Source of the DNA: a virus
Lineage: Duplodnaviria; Caudoviricetes
Strand: one strand, 5' to 3'
IMG/VR virus record: IMGVR_UViG_3300033076_001341
Location: 32,001 to 96,000 of that record
Length of the DNA: 64,000 nt
Shown here: positions 9,601 to 18,400 of the stretch, one piece after another
Layout: the number at the start of each line of letters is the position of its first letter
Position numbering within the stretch: the first letter of the stretch is position 1
Translations under genes and position numbers: made by a program
The notes under the pieces: generated by a model
The model's database searches: none
What the model saw: only the letters and a program-made list of their open reading frames with translations
Told to the model about the DNA's origin: nothing

Positions 9601-12408
9601 GACTTTACCCTGAGCGACTACACGTTCAATTTTGATGTGGAGAATGTTGATCCAAACATCGTGAACAGCGATAACCCAACGGTTGATTCCATGGGTGTGG
9701 AAGTGGTGAACACGAAGGGTCTGGAGTTGACGGCAGAGATGAAAGACGTGGTGATGCTGGCAATGTTTATCGAACAGCAAAAGCAGGCAGAAGCGATTCG
9801 CTACGAACTGGGTCCGTTGACAGATGCACAGAAATCACTGTCACCGGATTTCAACACGATTGATCGTTTGAAGAACGTATACAGCAAAGACCGCGACGAA
9901 AGTGTGTTTGAAGGATACAAAAACATCTTTAGTGAGAGTCCTGTATACAACGACCTGGGTAAGAGTATTGAACTCTTTGATGAGATGACCTCGGAAGTGT
10001 TCCTGGAAAGAACACCTCTGGTAAAAGAATTGACCAAACAAATCAATGCGGCAATCTATGCAGCAAACCCGCAGCAGATCTCTTCGCATATAAAAAGCTA
10101 CCTGGCGCTGAACGTACTGAAAAATACGATCACCACCGCCATGCAAGATCCGGAGCTGGAGAAAAACTCTCCGGTAGTACATGCCCGCTACAGCAGCTTC
10201 CTGAGCATGCTCAACGCGGACTACTGGTATAACAACAACATGCCCAACACAATCAACCGTTTGAAGCGTGAGTTCCGTGGCAATGCATTTCTGGATGCTA
10301 TTGATGTGTTTAATGGAAAGAACGGACTAAAGCTTGTGCGCAGTGTAAGCAAAGCAAAGGTGAGTCCTGAACGGGAGATCATGATCATGAACGGACTGGA
10401 TCAGTTGTTGACCAACTCCGATGCAACGGTTCGTGAAGCAGCTTACCAGATCTTTTATTATTCTATCGTCAAAGACGGAATGTCGGCAGCTCCTTACAGC
10501 TTGCGCCGATTCCTGAACCCGGATAACTTCCGCGAGGTAAGTAACCAGCTTAAGAAAGTAGAGAAAGCATTTGACACACTTAACCAGGCGTACCAAGAAA
10601 ATGCTGGTATGGATTTCCGCAAAGCATTCGAGTCAGAATTCAAATCCTTGTTGGGTGAGAATTCTAGTCTGGACTTTGTGATTGAAGACGTGATGGAGAA
10701 GATCATCAGTATTTATGATCCGACGGCTGATGAGAGTAAAGTTAAGGTGCTGAACTATACCAATGAGCGTGGTAAGTTTACCGGCTATGGTGTCAAAGCA
10801 ATGCAAGAAGCAATTGAAAGCATGCGTCCTTCCATGGGTGCAGAGATCTTTGCAGAAGCGGAAGCAAATGCACACGAGAGCCGCAACCTCAAGCGTAAGT
10901 TCAAACTAAACAAGAAGCGTGCAGAAGATACAGGTAAACCTGTTTCCAACAACGACCTCTTCCTTCCGGATAGCAACGACGAAGTAGTCCTGAACATGGC
11001 AAACGCTTCCAAGTTAAACAACGAAATGTTTGACAAGATTGCGATGCACAACAGCATCTATCCTCGTCGCGTCAACGCCGAAACCCTGACCAAAGAGTAC
11101 AGCTTCCCGCTGTATGTAACCAATACGTACGGAGACCTGATGGTCCTAAACGAAGTGGACGGTCAGAAGCTGGGTAGCAAACTCTTTGATAAGATTGAAG
11201 AGCAGATGAGTAACGATGCATCGCAGATAAATGGTAATCCGTTTGTGGGAACCAAAGCGGTGTACAAGATCGTGAAACGCCAGGGTGATGCAAACATCAA
11301 CCCCATTGCATTCTCTACCAAGGAGGCAGTGAAGTTAAACGACTATGCAACCGGTGCGTTAACACCTTCTATCACCACCATTGATGAGACAGGCGGAACC
11401 TACAAAGGCATTACGGTACTGAGTGCAAAAGATATGGTGCGCCAGGGCACTGGTGAACCCGGAGCAGCAAAGTTCCGTCGTGCTGACAACACTATTGTGA
11501 TTGACCGCGATACGCTTTATGACAAGTACTACGAGAAAGCGTGGACGAGTCCCTTGAAGCAGCGTGATGGAAGTTTTGCTACGGCATTCCCGGAGAACAC
11601 GTTCAACAACTACAACGACTGGGAAACTTTCGTTCTGGAGCACGAGCGTCAGCACATGGTGCTTGGTCCAAAGCAATTGAATGAAGAGTACGGTGCGTAT
11701 GAGGATCGGGTGAATCGTGCAGCACTTGCTGCATTATTTCCCGGAATGGATCTGACATTTCTGGATGCAGCAACACAAGCTCCTGCAGACCAGAGTGTAA
11801 ATGAACCCATCCTGGTTTCTACTCCAGAGCAACCCCTTGAGATCTATGTCGATGGATCGCACATCAAAGGAACCGGTATGCTGGGATACGGCGCTGCTGT
11901 AAAACACAACGGCAGAACGCTCAGCATGAGCGGAACAGAGGAGAGCAAAGCGTTCAAGTCGTTCCAGGCTAAGTTCCCGTCTGCGAAGTTCTCTAATCCA
12001 ACAATGGAGATGCTTGGACTGGTGATGACGCTCAACACGTTTAAGGACACTGCCGAGCACCTGGTGATCAAGCAGGATTACAAGGGTGTTGTAAACTACG
12101 GTGCACTTTGGAATCGCTCAGAAGGATCGTTGCAGCGTGAACCTAAACCATGGAACGCGAAGGAAACCTACATCCAATACCTGGTCGACAAAGCGGTGGA
12201 GATGATCGAGCGCATCGAGAGCAACGGTGGTACCGTTAAACTTCAATGGGTGAAGGGTCACAGCAAAGACGTGATGAACGACGCTGCAGACGCTGCTGCC
12301 AAAGACAGAAGTGTATTTAACCAGTTCGGATTGTTATTCGAACAGAATTCAGTAGAGAAGGTCATTCAGTCAAAGACTGAGGAGTCCAAAGAATGTAACA
12401 ACAACTAA
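625..12408 (+). CDS. Giant crAss-like virion RNA polymerase polyprotein with two zincin-like motifs and a C-terminal RNase H domain
   Basis: 3927 aa; RIPTEDKRSM (nt ~8233) then GSDKDID (DxDxD, nt 8350-8364) as in crAss-type two-barrel virion RNAPs; YHEAFH...EERMADKF (nt 3640); HERQH (nt 11641); RNase HI motifs YVDGS, NPTMEML, QDYKGV, WVKGHS, NDAAD (nt ~11839-12303). Confidence 0.85.
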   Translation: MSCTIDSKVLRTALEKALRTNPEKYRNLENSVRDVMRLSNLTDEVKVKVIAAYSELYKHLSRKSTAFELNNLDTFLDARVVPMIDDTSLSASRFTEALSMIQEQLGVTPATGTTQNIRAKELAVALSEAIESPLVGRYARIKAVADTVVQERSLLDAGMNDSQELNSVKLLENAIDKLQNSGMDKNTVRNLMKALSPALAQLRTPNSENGYIDLRLIPELSSNRFEAYLSDGSIVDLLKEGESYMILDENLQSTGEVYDLSANPAPKAVFPVPSSWIANDGATLLINGDEINTGLVMIGADLEAFSNEVMSSTNNPVNTVTVVANNSNAARNAARFNIIRQAVAQYPALANRTIETRESAAQVRALQSGKPVLTRARLSDGFSLQLVSPSGKMVTVLNYNDYVVVFPDNTTRRLDLENEEDLNLFAQLTNIRYTKGAAKNTVRPTTMDDLYMLRDGARRYKAFEAEVNALLDKGETTIPTSVFSKYFELQNQVYYNDFTNSYDTMEKVYGERFDQFVNKHNGGFSVDVVNINDKTNPTKRQLPAIFAPVYTTRNARRGDAWRPIELLGPDEYVLHEGKIYKWKEYVEKVLMSTMGDSISKLSLLSGHRYASLFPVSGTKHAVIPLIRNKQPKVTAQYADVLLNLGRFVANFTSTTPTKTYTNNFNNEVFGFEIVSGVRADFFTNIGKNGKPYLAVQFNAKDTHADAAFFNENASLLNFAVSSDPLDKIMETVKAFYESQGLDFVYESAADAKRIAEELNGLFTNAAGKEAVQKLQEEIDNIYQKFTKDVHTKFGKKLDSLLNHPEAETREMAQQMIGTKEKFMFQLFEQVENKPVLKVQNKETTYRDLSSYYTYKSNMFSRLSLRYNMVSPFERSEFSDALDEMETLVVPPIDLFTTEQDVENNFTMFPGATPESGSSRLDDFDMFDPFEGGAASLGDALQLAAFEQGEFQRQVDYIRERLPKDIAIDDLDKIVRNLDAEGNVLGYIKDKVIYLNENLSRPGTAYHEAFHAVFRYLLSPEERANLLSREYESMGIISESAIAEFRKQRRGLAHMSNTEVIELMAEERMADKFQSYAIKKTKPQTWYAKLFNLIQRLIEFFTKHKNEIEQTFDRIHSGFYSSASAKEYSGVEGAYQLIKTVPTMGLLDGKIKGFTESMNAADMMELRNMMVYEMLRTKNAAGMTADQRYDEVANMLRSYYNIDNFIRQRPDAESFIRSKYETKLRDFRYVLGGLQNGEKYAVLNLTGDPRYDNKFIDGTNEGVIAQNAQESYRQMKQMVLEIVENLNTTDTIENALATGAINETDSGDVVMQAKADVEETGAKDPDISLLETGTSDGDREFRKIFQFLVYEQEDFGVGITIRRPVDADKLFDSVKKITVNTPKAEILPQIRQRIETLEQDLEHINRLLGRISGYPAERDNTYELAQSLKAMMNMLTTTCGIENNIPTRNEAMFNQFHSVFYVASGEISRVDIKTKREFDAAGVAISSEMRVVDVAQTQDNFAALNKVIDGYNNTYRLLPETSDGGYFRASKKQIQADLKETMDIILERGSKEISTFYLENGEFSDAMVNKLADDLYVISSSAGLGLPRHFFHFSLVAMIQASGYRIPEGSEARSILMANTDIYKEKGYMTPSMLTAMRYMFSYSDKVPLFENTANKTRKSVVASFLPAMMYVTRYDQSIGQPVVMNTTGNKIYRFTLYSPNMQVVQDLQQLGLNEFVKDVYGQDFVSWFNDNPYLQEGVLSDLLQEYLKVGYLNGLSQQIDEGDNINTDVSKIDKKGYHLSNLALFADRKSYSRAGQKLTTFKRITSQNDATGTVFHVTGRYEEYMTTVGNAKTEFNGKKVSMISARLAGLIQQEYNRIQKEYQERDVNKTRYNDYNGKLLADGTVDTTSAKLRAYNFHHLDSFFLNEIGATDSSIVDENVAARVYMREQLIAAAKEGKSFADTLSSPALAPLFEQLDLYAQDEFEFFLENLENEKIIEKVGADYSTAFFDTSYKLNGENKTGALGNSLKTHLNDYFFNDWVNRLLVNQLFDGDKAVGIKSAVDYYKRLKSQAAAGKNAESASRIIKHGTSTYRHVVITTPGNKEIPVYFDPSDLTKPQQHSSEGMENYKAFEIMDGHVYQTLNHRMKFLSAEGKLDARSEEIIRSLRYKRASFEEIEYLESRGIQLNPQKTVTAHPIHYLKMSEHYINRLTVSYYRAADKRAARDRVAEMYKLLDLYEGQLDLGIEVNENGESIERLYRDTVTKIHQEFAPINGRQMLHSMLNNMEYHRLGQLSDNSASKRGTIIPASVTIEQLESGDTYWDLDNHVATIPMRYAYNQVATEMHHHDVTDSIQPKLLIDTDIDLKDPNVPEDLKKLVRTYRTLLNNMSVNSRKKFERVVKKGGKIDTANFYKMIQESLQKQGAPQHMLKMWDVVDGEPVHSANLPGITEALKYYVFSSANASLFQPKAPGYKFYHGSSFGYKIIVDENDVPVPDEEIRKNPEKYNNYETRYPSFRKTINAEGVEEYYVEVLIPRPTSTNPKKLRVLEKSLEEFFGTRIPTEDKRSMVRVKVAGYIDATYINTIVVPEQIHYLSGSDKDIDALYVRMLGTYDNVLGELNIYGDYSEYEDRYGMDAKTARFVEYLHYMMNDPFFGPLVSKELRRMKEDAGYKVENLKESAAMFGPKVQEFFTRSMDDIMSAMQSRFRDLKESKQIQTTGKKFTSFEDLRDIVDAQGDESSVELQRQLRLLEKMAAVVNVLQGTDMPVTAEELMKYEKANGSPVIPIIQNEITSVMNKILGHNYVFDNLYSKEFSNADIYKNAVDKLGRDEKDTIGQSNFATITSVSNVRDSNKSAKRGIEIFAAFNKGLSIAVKHGLKLQEPIWNINGKTYKSFSIEDGDDPSRQRAHALIGNSLGMSADAAKNPYPAVLSLNQYNMAVTATMLSLGIDPYLSIYINLMPSVKNAVSVYEAEAEGSVRRSYKNGTSLSTHLFNTLTYKLNELSVGDAAQQAFAKDFTLSDYTFNFDVENVDPNIVNSDNPTVDSMGVEVVNTKGLELTAEMKDVVMLAMFIEQQKQAEAIRYELGPLTDAQKSLSPDFNTIDRLKNVYSKDRDESVFEGYKNIFSESPVYNDLGKSIELFDEMTSEVFLERTPLVKELTKQINAAIYAANPQQISSHIKSYLALNVLKNTITTAMQDPELEKNSPVVHARYSSFLSMLNADYWYNNNMPNTINRLKREFRGNAFLDAIDVFNGKNGLKLVRSVSKAKVSPEREIMIMNGLDQLLTNSDATVREAAYQIFYYSIVKDGMSAAPYSLRRFLNPDNFREVSNQLKKVEKAFDTLNQAYQENAGMDFRKAFESEFKSLLGENSSLDFVIEDVMEKIISIYDPTADESKVKVLNYTNERGKFTGYGVKAMQEAIESMRPSMGAEIFAEAEANAHESRNLKRKFKLNKKRAEDTGKPVSNNDLFLPDSNDEVVLNMANASKLNNEMFDKIAMHNSIYPRRVNAETLTKEYSFPLYVTNTYGDLMVLNEVDGQKLGSKLFDKIEEQMSNDASQINGNPFVGTKAVYKIVKRQGDANINPIAFSTKEAVKLNDYATGALTPSITTIDETGGTYKGITVLSAKDMVRQGTGEPGAAKFRRADNTIVIDRDTLYDKYYEKAWTSPLKQRDGSFATAFPENTFNNYNDWETFVLEHERQHMVLGPKQLNEEYGAYEDRVNRAALAALFPGMDLTFLDAATQAPADQSVNEPILVSTPEQPLEIYVDGSHIKGTGMLGYGAAVKHNGRTLSMSGTEESKAFKSFQAKFPSAKFSNPTMEMLGLVMTLNTFKDTAEHLVIKQDYKGVVNYGALWNRSEGSLQREPKPWNAKETYIQYLVDKAVEMIERIESNGGTVKLQWVKGHSKDVMNDAADAAAKDRSVFNQFGLLFEQNSVEKVIQSKTEESKECNNN

Positions 12409-12409
12409 G

Positions 12410-15400
12410 ATGGCTTGCAGTATTATACGTAACAAATCAGGAGAAATTAAAACAGTCCTTGCATCAAACGGTAAGGACTCTATCCTGTACAAAGAGATTC
12501 TTCAACTTCCCACTATTGCGGGAGACAAGGAAACAGCACTGAGGATGTGGGCGATTGCTTACACCCCGGAGTTCAAGACCCGTCATGGAGATTGGGAACA
12601 AGCTAAAAGTACCATCAACCTGGACGCCAACGGTGAACCGGTGGTTGGATACGTGGGTGCTTTTGCTAACCTGGCAGCTGTCAACTACAGCCTGAATGCA
12701 GAGACTGTGACCTATGACAAGGAAAAGCAGCGACTGGAGCAGCAGTTCAAGCTGCGCTTTGGGGCGTCTAACACGGACAGCCAGCGCAAAGCAATGGACA
12801 TGGTTCGCCAGATCAACGCCGTCGCACTGACCGGTGAGGCGTCGCTGTACACGTTTACGGATACCCAAGGCAAACCGATGTACATGATTCACTTCACCGA
12901 GGTGAGTTATGACCAGATGAAAGACATCAACGGGTTTGACACCAGTGATTCGTCATATCGTGCTGAAAAAGAGCAGGTGCAGCAAGTGCTGGACCGGTTG
13001 ATGAAGTCTGTTCCTGGAGTAAAGGCACAATGGATACACCCCACGGAATTGCAGGCAGCCGATCACCCCAATAAGAATCTACGTTCTATCAACGCTTATG
13101 TAAAGGGAGACACCGTGTACCTGGTGGAAGGACGGGTGACTCCGGACATTGCCATGGAAGAAGTGTTGCACTTTGTAGTGGAGATGCTCAAAGTAGATCG
13201 TCCTGCACTGGCAATGCGTTTGTTCAACCAGGCAAAAGCAGCAGTGCCTGCCCTGTGGAACGAGATTGAAACAACCTACACCGATGAGCGTGGGTTTACT
13301 GCAGCCAACCGCAAGAGTGAGCTGATCACCCGGATGTTGCAGAAAGAATACCGCAACGAGATTGAGACCAACCCTGCCCGTGAGTTTGCAGAGATGCGCA
13401 CGGTACTGGGAAACATATTTAAGTGGTTGACAGATTTACTTAACAAAGTATTTGTCGACAAAGCATACGGCGACACAGCTGTGGTGGATTTGCGCGAGCT
13501 GCCACTAAACACTACGTTCAACGAGCTGGCAGTGATTCTGAACACCCGCAACGTCGTGATTGAAGCATTCAGCATTGATGATGTACTCTACAACCTGGAA
13601 GAAGCAGAGAATGAAGATCTGGAAAAAGAACTTCCTGTCCCCGGTGAAGAAGAGAAGCGTGGAGACGCTGTCTGGAAAAAGAAAATCCTGGAGCGACAAC
13701 TGGAGCGTGTGGACAAGCAGCTGGACTACTTAGCACTGGCAGAAAAGAACTACCGTCCCAACCCCGCACAGAAACTTACGCTGGGTAAACTGCGCACGCA
13801 GCTGGAGGAGTACAAGCAGATCCTGATCAATACCCCCAATAAGACACGTCGCGTGTCCCGGGTGATTGGGCAGACGGATGTAACCGGCGCAGAAAACTAC
13901 GCAAACTTTGGAACTTTCGTGCACAACATGCTGGAGGAACTGCAGGTACGGTCTCTGGAGACCAAGCAGGCACCTATCGTATTGTTCGAGCGGGAGGATT
14001 TTGATATTCGTTACCGGGAAACCATGGATAATCCCAAGACTGCGTTTGAATTCAAGGGGATGACGCAGGAGGATGTCTATAAGATGACCAAGGAGATTAT
14101 CGGTTTCCTGGGTGACGTGTACGCTCAGGGACAGATCCTGATCCCGGAGATGACCATGATCAGCAAGGACCCGCTTCGTGGTGCCATTGTGGGTCGTATT
14201 GACTTTATGGCGGTAGACAAGAAAGGTCGTGTCACCGTGTACGATTTAAAGACTGCTCGGATTAATGCCGGGGACCTGCCGCACAACAAACTGAACAAGG
14301 AGTTCAAGAAGGAGACGTTTCTTCCAGGAGTAACTCCTGAATTCGGGATGCTCAAGATGCGCAGTAAGTTCATGGATTACGATGCACAGCTCAGCGTGTA
14401 CGAGCGCATGATGAAGCAAGCAGGTATTGAAGTCAACGAACGCATTATCCTGAGTTTGATTTACGCAAACAAGAACAAGAGCGTTGTTGCCAGCGGAAAG
14501 GAATTTGAATTCGCCAGCGCACGCGTGCACCGCTACAGTGAGTTTGACTATGCGTACCGCACCGAGTATGAGTATGACCAGGAAGGCAACGTAACAGGCG
14601 AATTCAGAGTGCTTCGCCGTGAATTCATGCGTATCCGGGAGGCAGCTAAAGATGCTGTTCCCATTGAAGGAGAAACGTTCGAGGAATACAACCAGGACCA
14701 GATGCGCGAAGGCGTAAACTACTTTGGGGTGTTTAACGATCAGACCCTCGATGAGTTTGTGGACATGATGGTAGAAGGTATTGACGATCAGCTGGCGCAG
14801 CTTCGCAACGAACTCAAGAAGAGTGATGCGTACTTCAGCGATCCGAAAGTAAAAGAATATTACCAGGACCGCAGCAAGCAACTCTACCAGATCAAAGAGG
14901 AGATGCTTAAAGCAAACGACGAAGAGAAACTAGCACTTGCTAAAGGGATCAAGTTGTCGGCTGCTGTAGCGAGTCTGAATTTGAGTGCTAAACAGATCGA
15001 AGAAGAAGCAGCGCGTCTGGAAGGATTGAATCTGTCGTTGGAAGAACGCCTCAAGCGTCTTAGTCAGATCAAAAACGAAGCAGAACACCTCGATGAAGTG
15101 CTCGGTGTAATTCAGGAAGTGGGTGAGCGCACCAAGCTTGCCAGTACCGATCCGTTGATGCAGGTACTGAGCAGTTCAAGATCTGCGCTCAAGAGTGCTA
15201 TTAGCAAGTACCGCAAACAGGGTGAGGAGATTATGATCGAGGTAATCAAAGAATCGGTCCCTGAAGAACTCATCAGTGAAATCTATAAAGACCGGGGTGA
15301 ATACCTGCAAGGGGTTGTCCGTGGACTGGAGCGAGAGATTGCTGAACTGGAGAACCCAGAATGGCGTCCGCCGGTATGGCAGCTGCACAAGCGTTTTGCA

Positions 15401-18400
15401 TACAAACCAGAAGACATCAACCAGATCCGCCAGGAGAAACTTGCAGAGAAAAAGAAGGAACTCGCTACAGCAATTGCCGATCAAAGCAAAAAGACGCTGA
15501 GCGAAAAGGATATTCAGGACTATGTCCATGCACTGACCAACAACAAGGACGCAGCGCTTTACATTGGTAGCAACACCAGCACTACCCGTATTGGTTTTGG
15601 TTTGGGTGACTTGATCAGTAACTCGACCAACCCGGAGTTGATTGTGTTTGCTGTGTTTAACAAACTCAGAAACCTGACCAACGATGCACAGAACAATGCA
15701 ATGAACAACTTCTATGAGATGGATTTTGACGGTAAAGTCAAGTCGTTCGTCTCCAGGAAGGGAGGAGAATCTGCTGCCAACGCTGTACTGCGTGAACGTA
15801 GAACGGTGACGTACTTCAACGAAGACGGTACTACTTACACCAAGGATCACTATTCGTTTAAGAATCCGGTGACCCAGGAGTACTTTGACTACATCGACCA
15901 GCAACGTCGACTCATTAGTGACAAGCGTAAGTTACTGCGTGATCTGCGCAAGCAGCGTAATGCTGATCCTTCCAACACGGAAATCAAAGACCAGGTGGAA
16001 GCGCTTGATGCAGAACTAAACAATGACGTCGCTACTTACAACCAATGGTTGAAGGAAAACACCGAGCGTGAATTCGTGGACGATTACTATGAGTTGAGTG
16101 TGAGTCTGCCGGCAAACGTGCAGAACGAACTCAACGAGATCGACGATGAGATCAGCCGTGTTCGCTCCACCAAGGTCGGTGCAGAGGAATTGCTCACTGA
16201 GCTGGAACTCGAAAAGATCGATGAGTTGGAACTGAAGAAGAACAAACTCTTCCAGGATGCAATTAAGGCAGATCCGGAGTATCAGGAAAAGATGCAGCGC
16301 TACCGCGAGCTGAAGACCTACGATGAGAACTGGGGACTGTATAACAAGTTCCGTGCAGAGAAGATGGCTGCCTACGGTGCAAACTCTGAGGAGTTCAAGC
16401 GTTGGGAGAAACTTAACAAATTCAGACGTCCTTCTGAGAAATACTACAAAGAGATCGAGCGTATCTATAGCCGGATCAACAAGATCATGGGTGAGCAGGA
16501 CGAGGAACTTAACATGCTCATGGGAGAGCGTGCAAAGATCCGACGCAAGTACAAGCTGAACGGAACGTTCTTCTCCGGTAACATGGACGCCGCTGACATC
16601 GAGGCGTACGATAAACTCGAAGCAAAGATTGAAGCGATCCGTGAGAAAGCTGCCATGGAACAGGAAGAGTTTGGTGAAGAAGGTGGATTGTCCCTGGAGG
16701 TACGCAAGCAACTGGCACCTCTTTATGATCGCCTGAGCAAGCTGCGCAGTAAGAAGAACACGGAGAGCTATACCAATGAGCTGAACAAGCGTGTGAACGA
16801 ACTGGAGGTTGCTGGTAACATCCTGCGTTCTTATGAGTCCATGATGGATCAGGACGGTACCTCTTCGTTCAAGAATGAAAAAGACCTGGAAGAGAAATAC
16901 CATGCTGCCGAGCAGAACTACAATACGATTGAAGATCAGTTTGAGCAGTGGTACAACAAGAACCACGCAAACACCTACACGGTGGGTACATTCCGTAACG
17001 GAGAAGCGCTTGATCCAAAACCCAAGACGTTCCACTACGAGTTTGTTCCCCGGGAAGATCTGGCTGATGAGTACTTCGAAGAAGTATTGCACCGCCGCTA
17101 TCGTTTGTCCCGTCCGACAGAAGCTGCCAAGAACGACAAGTTCCAGCTGACTCCGGAAGGATACCCTGTACCCAAAGGACTGCAGTTAAAAGACAACCGC
17201 TGGGAGATCAGTGGATCGAACCCATACATCAGCAATGACTTTATTGAGCTGACACAGAATCAGCAGGATTACGATTTCTACAACTGGTTGGTAATGGATA
17301 ACTACATTGCCCGCCAGGACGGTACTGCCGGCAGAAAACTTGGATTCCTCTTTCCAGGAGTGCAGATGAATAAGATCGACAACGTCAAGCAGTTTGGCAT
17401 GATGCAGGGAATTCGTCGGGAAATAGAAGAGACCACAGCAGAAGTTACGTTGGGTAAAAACAAAAGTGACATTGATCTAGCGTCTAACGAGTACAATACG
17501 ACCGGGCGGATGCGTGTGCGTTTCAAGTACAACTTCCCGATGGAAGCGGACATTACCACGACCAATGGTATCACTGCCGTGGGTATGTGGATGGTGGAGC
17601 GTGAGATCAACCACGAGATGGGTAAGGCGGATGTTGCCTTCAGTGCAATCATTGATGCAATGGAAGCCATGCGTGACCACGTGCATGACACCAACAAACT
17701 CAACCAGCTTAACAAAGCAATTGAATTAGTCACCTTCGAGCGTGACAAGTTTATCTACGGTAAACGCATGAAAGGTGATGACGGAGATGTCAACAAGATG
17801 AAGGCATTGCGGATGTTCATGAAGGCAGTGAGTTTTGGTCGATTGGGTTTTGACTTTGCAGCGCAGACCGGTAACATGCTTTCCGGTAACGTGCAGACGT
17901 TCCTCAATGCGCAGGACGGTGATTACACGTTGTCGAACCTGGCTACAGCTAAGAAGCAGACCTATAACATCCTGATGAACATGGTGCGTGACTATGGTAA
18001 AGTGAGCGACGTGTCGTTCGAAACCAAGTTTGTGCGTTTCATGAACCCTTCACAAAAGGAACTTTCTGAACTCATTGACCTGAACACCAAGACACAGCTG
18101 GATCGTTTCCTGACAAAGAGTATGGACCTGGGTAATCTGAGTTACATGCTCCAGGATAAAGGGGAAATGGAAATTGCGATTACCACCATGACCGCCGTAC
18201 TGGATCACCACAAGTTCAAAGTGTTTGACCTGGACAGCAGCGGCAACAAACAGTACGATGCCAACGGAGAAGTGCTGTACAAGATGAAAGATGGTGAAGT
18301 GGAACTGGCTACTGGTTGGACAGCGTTTACTGAAGACGCCAGTGGGCGGATCGTTTCTCGTCCGGATGTAGACATCACTGAGCAACAGGTCAAGATGCTG

